A stretch of 64,000 nucleotides of DNA from Spizellomyces punctatus DAOM BR117 (taxonomy: Eukaryota). The translations under genes and the position numbers were made by a program. The stretch's first letter is position 1. Each line of letters opens with the position of its first letter. This document shows positions 33,417 through 45,566 of this stretch, piece by piece. Where the stretch lies: NCBI GenBank assembly GCA_000182565.2, contig KQ257453.1; one strand, written 5' to 3'. The notes under the pieces were generated by a model, which saw nothing but the letters and a program-made list of their open reading frames with translations, did no database searches and was not told the origin of the DNA.

Positions 33417-35075
33417 ATGCTTACAGACGTGAACGTCACCGCAAGCGACGCCCCCGCCAAGCTCTCCAGAAAAGCCAGAAGAGCTCTGCAAAAGTCTCCA
33501 GCCTCGCCCGAGTCGTCTACTACAACCGCACAAAACTCCGAAATTAATCTTCTCGCAATCACAGAAGATGAACCCGATGCAAGATCTTCAGAGGCAAAGA
33601 GCCCATATGTTGAGGTCATCAATAAGAAGCTGCGCGCATTGAAGAAAAAGCTGGTAAGCCGCGCTTTGGACCTGTTCACACCAGATCTGTACTTTCCCTA
33701 AATCTCCATTATAAAGACCAAGGTGGAGAAGTATGAGCAGTTGGAAAAGAAAGACCTCAACCAGGACCAAATCCAAGCTCTCGAAAGGAAGCCGGAAGTG
33801 GTTTCAGCGGTGAAAGAGTTGGAAGATGTTGTCAAACAGATTACTGTGACAGAGGCAGAAGAATCCAAAATTCAGCAGGAGAAACAACAAGCATTCGAAC
33901 AGACGGCGCAATTGCGGGTTGAACGAGCAGTGCAAGAAGTGAAGGTTAGTGGTCGTTAATCAGGTTTATGAATCATGATATTAAAACAAGAGCATAGGCT
34001 GCGTCCTCACGCACCACACGGGAGATACTGCAACTCTTCTATGTCCTGAACATCGCCTTACCAAATATTGTTACTTCAAATCTTCCAATCACAGACGAGC
34101 AATATAATGCGCTGGCGTATTTCCGTGCAGTCATCACCGGCGTGGGACTTGAGCAGGGGGACAGGTAAGGGAGCAACTTCACAAGGCAGGTGTCTCTGGT
34201 TGTGACTCAAGCCCTTTCGCAGTACCGAAGACTTTTTACAATCTGCTGAGGCCAATTTGCATAAATATTTGGAACGTCAAGAGGAGCCTTTTGTACATGG
34301 GGTCACTTACAGTCAGCTAGCGGCGGTAGTGGACACAATTCTTAACCCGCCTGCCCCGCCGAAGTTTGGAACCGAGAACTTCGAGGACGCTATCCTAGAA
34401 GAACCGACTGCGGAGGACGCGGGACTTCCAGAGGAAGAACGAGACCACGGTACCGGGCATTCAATCGCTTCCAACCTTGGTACCATCAGTTTCTTCAATC
34501 CCAGTGAAGTCTTGGGTAAGTGTAACCAAGAGTCGTGTAGAAACAATTTGCTTGATATGATGCTTCACAACCGATTAGTCTTGAAGACGCAAACTGGTTA
34601 AAACATGCCTGTGACTGATCAAAGCAAAGCTGGACCAAAGCACCGATGGGCTATATTGGCTTGTTATTAAAATCCCAACGTCCACTTAGGTATTACGACT
34701 GAAACCACAGAGATTTCCACGGAAGAGAACGGGATCAAGACTGATCTCATAGTGGAAACCATTACTGTGGTCACTCCAGAAGCTCAAAAGCCAGCTGCGT
34801 CCGAAAAGGCGGAGCCGGCTGCAAGTGGAGAGGTGCAGGGCGAGGAAGGCGGTGTGGGGATAACTCAAGGCGAGCAGGAAGAGGGTGAGGGTGCAGCAGT
34901 ACCATCTCAGGAGGGCCAGCATCAAGGCAGGCAGCACAGAGGACGTGGGCGTGGAGGTTTCCGTGGGCGTGGCCGAGGTCGTGGAGGCCAAGGTGGGTAC
35001 CAAGGCCGCGGTGGCTTCCGTGGACGTGGCCGAGGCGGACCTCGTGAACACCAATCAAGGCCGCAGCCCCAGTAG
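33417..35075 (+). CDS. Caprin-1-like RNA-binding protein with C-terminal RGG box
   Basis: 'EVINKKLRALKKKL...LNQDQIQAL..KPEV' (Caprin/YAG7-type helical region) and 'RGRGRGGFRGRGRGRGG...' tail. Confidence 0.7.
34553..34621 (+). ncRNA. Candidate intronic box C/D snoRNA
   Basis: Lies in an unusually long intron (34516-34689). C-box-like ATGATGC at 34557-34563, D box CTGA at 34615-34618, flanking stem tttgcttgat/atcaaagcaaa. An 11-nt stretch CGATTAGTCTT is complementary to conserved LSU rRNA AAGACUAAUCG. Confidence 0.65.
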
Positions 35076-35188
35076 TTTAGCCAAAAGGAAACAACGCGTT
35101 CTACGCAAACGTTTCATTTCTGAGGCGGTATAATACAAGCAGCATATGCACACATTTCGTCTTATGTCTACTTCCATGTCGGTCGAGA

Positions 35189-37159
35189 CTATTTTTTGTT
35201 CAACATGTCATTGAATTCGTTCATTATTTTTCGCATTCGCTCAGCGTCCTTGTAAAAGCCAGCCTTTTCACACACTTTGTGCAAATGCTGTACTTTCCCT
35301 AGTATCCTTCGGAGCTCGCCAGCCGTCACATAGCCCCTGCGTAAGTCTCTTGAGATTTGCCGTAACCAAGACAGGTCATTTCCGAAGCCTGAGGGAAGGA
35401 TGTCACGAAATAGGAGCCAATGGTTATTGATCACCTCGAACAGGTCGGACACTGACCAAGGTGGCTTGTGCGCAACCTTGGTTCTCCATTCCTTTCCAAA
35501 CTGCCGTTGAAAAAGGACAGGGAAGGCGGCAGACATTGATCCCACGAGCGTGTCGCTTAGTTGTTTGATAATGATGTCGACCGGATCAGCTTGCCCTTCG
35601 CGATTAGTAGAGGCTCGTTCTGGGAAAATAAGAGCAGAGGATGCATTTGCGTCTGCAGAGACCAGTTCGTCGATGTCCATCAAATCGACCTGATCTTGGA
35701 CCATCCCATCAATGACGGCCTTATCTGAGTCACGCGGGGGATCAGCTGTTTTCTCCAATTTGAGGACACTCTTCTTGTTTCCGTTGTTCGGCTTCGGTTT
35801 TGCAGCAGCAGTTCTAGTCGTGTTTGATACCGCAGGAGAAAGCTCTAGTCCTCGTCTTGCTTCTGATATAAACTCCGCTGGCGACTTTTTCCAGTTTGAC
35901 ACGGTATAGATCGAATGAATCAAAGCTTTCACACAAAGGTTTTTGTCTTAAAGGCGGGGGGATGGTAAATCATAAGGTCATGGAAAGCTTCGGAACGATC
36001 ATCAAATCACCATTTGACATCAGGACCACTCTGGGGGTATACCGGACTTGCGCAAATCTGAATTCATGCGAGAGCTCAGCAATCAGGCAAAACCGTGTCC
36101 ACAACGGTGAATGGACACTTACCTACAGCATTCAAGTATCCTATCATCGTTATTCATCTGTAATCAGGAGCTTAGTACCTTCAAAACGGCAATCCCACCA
36201 GCTTCATTTAGCAACCTGAGTGAGATCCATGCCGGGGAGGTGGTCAGTTATCCTCTGTCCTTTTAATGCAGGAGCCCCTTTGAGTAACGTCTGGTATAGC
36301 AGGTCGATAGCCTGTCGAGCACAATGAGCCAATGATATCTCTGATGGAGAATCTACGACTGCCTTTCCATTGGAGACACTATCATCTGCAACAATGTTGT
36401 CTGGTCGCACGACGCGATCCTTGACGGCTGCTGCTTGTTTTCGCACAGAACCCTTGTGCGAATCCTGCACAAAAGATTATTCAACAACAAAAGAAAAAGG
36501 AATAGAGCTATTTTGATATACATTCTCACCTTGAGACTATCAAGTTCCTTTAATACGACGTATGGAAGTAGCATAATCATATCAGGTGCCGGTAATATGT
36601 CCAGAACTAGGGATAATCGTATTTATGGTAGTTGTGACAAATGACGTACACCATGAGCATTCGTACCTTGCTTGACAAACCTGTTTCAGAAGACTCATGA
36701 GTATTGCATAGATGTTCAGATATCACAGATGCCATACCGCAGATGTGATATGAGGAAACATGTATCGATGACGAACACCGCAGAATAAGGCGTTCCAGTT
36801 TTGTCCAGTTCCATCTGCAGACATGGCAAAATGTTAGCTCTTTGGCTAATGGTAGCTTCATATGGTGGGGTTGGATATACCGGATCAAGAAGCCGATCCA
36901 CTTGACACGGCCCCGGTCCCGCCGTAAGCGAGCCCGTTCCACCGATCAGTTGTACATCATAACTCGGCGGTACAGTGGCGCGTCGGAAACTTGCGATTTC
37001 CTCGGTAAAGGCCTATTCATCGACGACGATGTGTATAGATCACTGAGAGCCTTCCAAGCTGCAACTTTGTAATGCTTCAAGCCGTACCTGCTGTAGCTCT
37101 TCATCGTCAATGTCCATAGGGAGTACATCATCGTTGTCCACAGGTGATAAAAGCGCCAT
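35189..37159 (-). CDS. SWT1: Swt1-like PIN-domain RNA endonuclease
   Basis: 'AVFVIDTCFLISHL', 'LPYVVLKELDSLK', 'NNDDRILECC', 'VVLMSNDKNLCVKALIH', and C-terminal 'FGKEW....KPPWSVSDLFEVINNHW'. Confidence 0.8.
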
Positions 37160-37473
37160 ATTGGACAGTAGCGCAGGAGGTGGCCAGATGTTGGAAGGTA
37201 TGTGAGGTGTTGGATGGTTCCAATGCTGCCCCAACATTTCCTAGATCCATGAGGAGATCCCTCCCACCTGCGAGTTACGAGGCTGGGATTAACTTTGGGT
37301 CACATAAGCTTCAGTTAATCGGCACTACTGGATCAATGTGGATCGAGTGCTACTGCGTCGACATAATAAACTGGCTGCATCCGCTTCAATCTCATGTTCA
37401 AACCACGCCCCAACAGTTGTCAGCAACGATCGTTCTCCTCAACCCATCGAGTGCTCTTCCTTATGCCGTCGTA

Positions 37474-38561
37474 ATGACCCATAAAACAACTTCCTCGTTT
37501 TTAGCCTCCGATACTCTCTGTCATGTTGCGTTTTCTTCTTGCGCCGCCGTCATTGCAAGATGCGCGGCGCACCCATTGGACACCATAAAGACTCGCATTC
37601 AATTTGCGTCTTCCACTAGTGGGACCTCAGAACCGTCCCTTGGCCAAATTCGCTCAACGGTGCGACAAGTACTTCAAAAAGAATCGTATTCTGCGCTATA
37701 TCGCGGGCTTCCTGTTGCTCTTGTATTCAGTGTACCAGCCCTTAGCGTCTACCTTGGCGCCTACGACTATTCGAAGCAAGCACTTGGGAGATGGGGGAGA
37801 CTTGGAACACACGAGTCAATGAGCGTACATGCTCTAGCATCTTGCTATGCGGAAATTCTCAGTGGCGCCCTATGGTAACAGGAAAACCTATTGATGTCAA
37901 GTGATCGAAAAGCAATAGAAACTTTGCTGAAGAATATGCTTCGGCAGGACACCTATGGAAGTGCTGAAGAATAAGATGCAAGTTCACACTGGATCTACCG
38001 CATCGATATCGTCAGGCGGACAAACGTTGCGGTTAATTCGCGGAATCTATCAACGTGAGGGTATCCGAGGTTTCTTCAAGGGATATTTTTTAGCGTTAGC
38101 CGTTTTTGTGCCTTACACGGTGAGCGGGTTTGGCCTTGCACAGAACAGTATGTAAGGAGGCTGACACTCGTTTCTTTCGGCAGATAACTTATTTTGTTGC
38201 TTATGAACAAATGAAACGACAAGCGGGTCTTGTCCTTCACGGGCGCAGAGTTGTCGATTCACAATCATCTACCCGACAACAACTTCCTTTTGGTGCTTAC
38301 GTTGTATGTTCTGGAGCATCTGGCGCGTTGGCAGGAGCTGTGTCCAATGCTCTGGATATTGTAAAGACACGAGTGCAGGCTAGCAGAAAGTCACAGAGTG
38401 CAATGTCAATCATTAGACATATGTGGATACACGAGGGACAGTGGAGGGCATTTGGCCGAGGTTTGCTGGCAAGAGTACTGTGGGTTACCCCTACTGTAAC
38501 ATTGTCAATGAGTGTGTACGAGGTGCTAAAGGACTGGAGAATACGTCAACTGGCGAGATAG
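37474..38561 (+). CDS. Mitochondrial carrier family (SLC25) protein
   Basis: Three carrier signatures: 'HPLDTIKTRIQ', 'TPMEVLKNKMQ', 'NALDIVKTRVQ'. Two introns. Confidence 0.9.
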
Positions 38562-38643
38562 ATACATTAGATGGAAAAGACGTGCAAAAAACAATGGCTA
38601 AGATGCGGAGGGCCAAGCCTAAATACATATACGAAGAAATTCA

Positions 38644-40080
38644 CTAAATATCCATATCAAACCGATCGTCCATCATCTCCCCTCTGCATTCCGAGTTTTG
38701 TAACTCTCGTCTGATTTCAGGGGATATCCCTTCGTGTACTTTATATCTGATAAGATCCAACAGAGCCTCCTTCTGTTCTGGAGTCATATCCTCCTTGTAC
38801 CTGAAACCAGAGCATCAGATTAGGACATCCATCATGCGCGCAGGAAATTCCGCGAAAGTACGAACCTTTGAGCGAATACGAGTAGCGATTGATGCCACAA
38901 GACTGGCAATTCGCGGGGGTCATTCTTGAATCGGATAAAGTGGAAAACGAGGGCATCTACAACTTTGAATGGTAATGCGTATTTCTTGTCAAGGAGGATT
39001 CGGATGAAAAGACTGTTTGCCCCTGGAGAGAGGATGATCTTAGCAATGCCCACGTTAGATAGAACGCCTATGGTTTGTCTTAAAAGTACCAGAGTAATCC
39101 ATTTCCGCCAACTTGAGCAGCCCGGCGGCTGAATGGAGCACAGGTATACTGACTTTTGATATTACACTGCCGATAATGGCTGCCTCGCGTAGGGTACATG
39201 TTCCGGTTTCACACAGGGGTAGCAACAGTCCTTTGAAGAAAGCCGCTGGTTTGTACAGAGACTTTTTCAGTGCCATATAAAGATGATAGTTCAACTTTTT
39301 GGTCTCTTGAATATCCTCCCGCACACGATCTAGCAGAACTAGTGCAAAGAATCTCTGCGCCATTTTCGCTTTCAAATTGGAGACAAAGATACGAGTTGCC
39401 TGGTACGTTGCTTGAGGTGTCCATTTTTCGGGATGCGTGAGGTAAAGAATATCTTCCCAATCGGCAAGCGAAGGAATGATTTTAAATGTTTTGGGAAGCT
39501 TTCCAGACTTGTATCGGCTTAGGAGAAGACCAACTTTTGTGTACACGTCGATAATCTTTTCGTTCATGGACGGTGGGACTTCTCGACCTTCTGTATCAGC
39601 ACCGGCTGCCTCTGCCGCTTGGATTTTGCTCATGATCAGGTCTGACAAGTTCATCTGTTTTCGTGGCTCTTTGGCCATAAATTTGTCAATCAACGCTTGA
39701 TCGGCTTCATCAATCTCAAAGTCCTCTTCAAATCCTTCGTACTCTTCGTACTCTTCTTCAATCTCCGCAACGTCCTCATCTGACTCCACTTTGTTGGTGA
39801 ACAATGGTCGTGCAGGGGTTAATGTGATCTTGTCAGTGTCCATCATCCTTCCCTCCCGTTCAATCTCGTCCTGTTGTTGCCGCACAATGTTGAGAATCTT
39901 TTTGGACGTCCTACTGTCCAAAAACTCGGCGCCCTTCTTGGATGTGTCATCGTCTGACCCGGTTTGGTCCTTTGGTCCTCGTCGCTTCTTTTTAGTCAGT
40001 TCAACTGAGCTGTCTTTGGCCATTTGGACGTAGAGCGGGTCATGGCGGAGACTGGATCGCTTCTTCTTTTGTACACCCAT
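38644..40080 (-). CDS. ENP1: Bystin / Enp1 (40S biogenesis factor)
   Basis: '[18 protein letters not shown]', '[23 protein letters not shown]', '[15 protein letters not shown]'. Confidence 0.95.
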
Positions 40081-40353
40081 GTTTGCGGGAACGTCAAAGT
40101 GGGATGTGCAAGAGCTGTTCTAGCAATGGACCGACTGGCCTCGTCTGAATTTTTTTTGCCCATTAAGTCAGCAAGGGAGCAATCGAGACTGGAACCACAG
40201 CTTATACATTCGATCCGAGTATTGTGGATGACCCGTGGCTTTGGAGCGTTACCAGAACCCAGACACACCAGTTGATAAAACCATGACCGATCAGCAACTC
40301 CGACTCGACTTGCAACGATCTTCATCCCATATTTTGCATCTTGCCAAGTGACC

Positions 40354-42082
40354 ATGTCTCCGCCGTGCCAAGGTTGCTTCACATTCTTAAAGCTGACTCG
40401 ACTTGGTCGCCGACCTCGGCGTTTGGTCGTCCTTGTTCTCGGCCTTGATGGAGCAGGGAAAACCAGCGTCCTGTTACGATTGCAAGGAGGTACCACTGCA
40501 TTTCAAGTTAGATATAAAATAAACACACGATCTAAGGCAGTTTTGCATACACAGATCCGAATCAAGCGACCAAGACATCATGGGGTTTCACCACTGCAAC
40601 TGTGCCGTTTGACTTGCCAAAGAACGTCCGAGAATCAGCTGACGATGATCAGAATAAGAAGAGATCAAAGAAACAGAAACCCGACAGAGTGACAGTGACA
40701 TTGTATGATATAGGCGGTGATGTAAAGATTCGACCCATTTGGAAAAACTACTATGCAGAGGTAGGACAACAGATGAGACTTGCCCATACACTATGGAGGG
40801 ACTCATGATGTTTTCAGGCGCATGCATGCATATATGTGATCGATTCTGGAAACCGCGAACGAATTTCCGAAGCGTCTGAGGCGTTGAATGAAGTATACCA
40901 AGATCCCAGAATGAAAGGCAAACCTTTACTAATGTAGGTTTCGGCTTTGACACCTCTTTGGGCAGCTTGATTCATGTTAACACTGGTTGTGGGGATCTGC
41001 AGCCTCGCAAACAAACAAGACGCAACCAACGCCCTAACTCCGGCAGAACTGTTTGAAACTTTAAAGATCCAGCACTTGGTGCCCGAGAACAAAACCCTGG
41101 TTACAGACACTGTGAACCCGGACATTGACGGGTGGTGGGCATCGATAAAACCGTGCATAGCCAATGTTCCCGATCCTGATCTCGATGGTTCAGCCTTTGC
41201 TAGTGGTACGTCAAATGCAGACCTCTTTAGCATCGAAGGATACCTCATACACTTGTTTTTTCAGAGATGCATATTCTGCCCTTGTTCCGGGTGATCTTAA
41301 ACAGTCTCTCCACTCTGGAACCGCGATGCCGAAAGGATGTGGAGGAACAACAGGAAGAATGGGACAAGGATAGAATGGAACAAAGGAAAAGGGTGGATGA
41401 TTATCGCCAGGAGCAGGAGAAGAAGGAAAAAGCAAAGACCAAAGGCCCCGACATTGTAGGGAGTAAGGAGTTGCACAAGGAAGTCGAAACTTCACCTGTG
41501 GGATTCAATGACGAACCTGATCAAAAGAACGGCGCGACAGAGGTCAAAGGCGAATCAAAATCGACTGCCCCAACCGCAATCAACGACGGACCACAGCAAA
41601 AAGGGACATCATCAGAGGCGGTGACGGAGCATTCGGCTTCACACCCGGCAACAACCCTCTTTGGGGCAAAAAGCAAGAACAGAATATATCCAGTTTCTGA
41701 CTCTACGGAACATCACGTACAAGAGACGCCTTCTGAAACATCAGCAAAACGGTCAAACACAGTGCACCCCGAGGCAATCCTCGTCGAAAGCGCATCAACT
41801 GCCGGCATCCAGCATCCTCCATCGCCTTTTGGTGTGCCAGTGACGATTGAGAACATCCACACTGACGGACACGCTGACGGTGAGCAAAGCCCACAAGCTC
41901 CACGATTCACGCTTGGGTCGGTTCCGCCCATATCGTCACCACTAACGTCTTCCGAGTCGACGTTTGGCAGAGCGCGCATTTTAGCACCGCTTGACGAGAG
42001 TGCCCCAATGCATACGGCCAAGCCTCGGGTGCTCGCCCCTCTTGCTACGACAGCCCCGACATCTGGGGCTTTGCGATCATGA
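40354..42082 (+). CDS. ARL13B: ARL13B-like ciliary small GTPase
   Basis: N-terminal cysteines, P-loop 'GLDGAGKT', 'YDIGGDVKIRPIWKNYYAE' (Arl13-type switch II lacking the catalytic Gln), 'LANKQD', then a coiled coil and a long Pro/Ser-rich tail. Confidence 0.85.
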
Positions 42083-42175
42083 TACTTCAATACTATCTGA
42101 AGGAAAAATACAACACGAACATGTATATTGATTATGTCAAGTAAATAGATGGATTCTGTACAGTCACGATCTGTC

Positions 42176-43520
<1,345 letters not shown>

Positions 43521-43660
43521 TGTTCAAATGTGTTTCCCAGATTCTCACGCCGTTGGGCAGGGTTTTTATCAAAAGGATCTACTTGGAATGGATTCGAACC
43601 GATTCTGACTCGCCATGATGTGTGTGGGCAAGGATTGGTTCAACTGGTTGTGGCGCATAC

Positions 43661-43734
43661 GTTCACATGGCAACACAACGAGCCAATCAGCCAACGAGAA
43701 AGTCTCCGATCTGATCTCCAAAAGTCTATAAAAG
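43661..43734 (+). promoter_or_regulatory. Promoter elements upstream of U5: X-box-like GTTCACATGGCAAC (43661-43674), CCAAT (about 43683), TATAAAAG (43727-43734)
   Basis: Motifs read directly. The TATA lies about 40 nt upstream of the predicted U5 5' end. Confidence 0.5.
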
Positions 43735-43769
43735 GGCGACGCTTCCCGTTCCCCCCCTCTGATTTCTCT

Positions 43770-43888
43770 AGTCCTCCACGACGTTGACACAGATCAAATG
43801 ACCCTTTCGCCTTTTACTAAAGAGTCCTGTGTGTGAGCGTCACAACGTGGAATTGTCAATTTTTTGCCACTTCATCTTTTAGATGGAA
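43770..43888 (+). ncRNA. U5: U5 spliceosomal snRNA
   Basis: Invariant loop I in 'ctttcGCCTTTTACtaaag' (43804-43822). Nested stems tccacg/cgtgga, gacgtt/agcgtc and acacag/ctgtgt. Sm site AATTTTTTG at 43858-43866. 3' hairpin ttcatct/agatgga. Ends are approximate. Confidence 0.93.
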
Positions 43889-44183
43889 ATTACAATTTAA
43901 AGGAAGAAAACATTTTGAACATTAGGGAATTGTCTAGTAAAATCATTATAAATTTGTGAGAAACCATTAAACTGCCTAGGAAATGTCGTAGGAAAATGTT
44001 GTCTTGACGAAATAAGCTCTTACTGGCATGTTGTGAGAAGCCATTGCATGGAAGCAGCAGTTGGAAAGGTTGCGGTGACGTGCGGATCGGCAATATGCTC
44101 AATGCGTGAACTGGACGGGCTGTTTGTAGATTTCTGAAAGAAGCGATTGGCAACGGTAAAACTCTTGCCGGCCTTTTGTCTGC

Positions 44184-45431
44184 ATGTGGTTTGCAAAGAC
44201 GTACAGCGCAGTCCAGGCTGGGAGCATTGACGGGACCGACACGACGCCGCATGATCACGGCATTGCACGCGCTGAAAAGGCGCATTGTAGGTTTACCCCA
44301 CAACCCCCTTTTCTGGCTTTCCAGCACGCTCATGCATCTTGTGCAGACAAGAAACCCAGCGCAGACGCCAATCTTACAAAGGATCCATTCAAGACATTGT
44401 TTGTGGGCCGACTGGGAACAGAGACAATAGAGAGTACGATCGCAATTCAGAGCGCACGCACAAAACCTCCAAATGCTGACCATTCCCTCTTGTTATGTAG
44501 GCGCTCTCGAGCGTGCCTTTGAGCGGTTTGGCAAGATTCTTAGTGTGCGTATTGTTCGACATGTTGTGACTGGCAAGTCACGCGGCTATGGATTTGTCGA
44601 GTATGATCGCGAGAGGGACTGCATGGAAGCGTACAAAGTAAGATGATACATTGAGCTCACCTAAAAAATTGTGATGCTCATAAACATGGCTACCAGCGAA
44701 TGAATAAAAGCCTCATTGATGGGCATGCCATTTTGGTGGATTACGAACGAGCGCGAGTCATGGAAGGATGGACACCGCGACGGCTAGGAGGCGGGTTTGG
44801 AGGGCGCAAGGAGTCGGGGCAACTGCGATTTGGAGCACGGGATAGACCGTTCAAGCCGCCAATGTAAGAAGGAACGAGTAACGTTTGGCGCACTTCCAAA
44901 GGGCGTAGGGCTCATTTGTCTTCTTCTTTCACTAGATATGGACATAGGGGAGAGCATCAAGCCGTGCCGGACATTGCGTTTGATCAACGATATGATGATT
45001 GTTGGCGGGAACATGCCCGCCGGGCAGCAACAGCTGGCAATCAAGAGGCGTCCACCAAGGAACCATTGAGGAGATCAAAGAGTGGCGATCATGTTTCTCA
45101 ACACCGGGCAAGTTACCGTCAAAATGCTGCATATCAACCTTCCAGTATGGAAGCTGCTGCTGCGGCAAGTCGACATGGCGCGGAAGAGGGAACATCTCGG
45201 GCGAGACACAAAAGCCATCATGAGAATTATGATCGTCAAATCTCGCGGTCAGGCGATGCTCGACATTATCGGTCGCCAGCACCCAGATCGCAAAGAGACC
45301 ATCCTGGGGACAGACAGAGGCGCTCCTACTCTAGGCATGACTCTCGTAGTCCTGATCACAGATCCTCTAGAGACAGATCATCATCATCCCAGCGCCGGGA
45401 CAGGGCGTTTTCTCGACGAGAACCGAGATAG
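44184..45431 (+). CDS. SNRNP35: U11/U12 snRNP 35 kDa protein (minor spliceosome)
   Basis: '[14 protein letters not shown]' N-terminal signature, RRM '[11 protein letters not shown]...SRGYGFVEY', '[32 protein letters not shown]', and an RS/RD-rich tail. Confidence 0.9.
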
Positions 45432-45566
45432 TTTCCTCTTGTCGTCATGATGAACCGAAAGATTTATTTCCAATGCGACCGACCTTGTACATACGTGCTG
45501 GAACATTGGTAATGGACTGCAACGCATCCATTCCTCTTCATAGTTGCGGGACCGATATGTCATTTA

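Noticed and set aside
43590..43600. GGTTCGAATCC on the minus strand, a perfect tRNA B-box
   Set aside because: The flanks do not form a T-stem or cloverleaf, so it is not a tRNA. At most it is an isolated TFIIIC site.
43606..43611. TGACTC, a Gcn4-like site upstream of the DAHP synthase gene
   Set aside because: Biologically plausible, but a single 6-mer is expected by chance.
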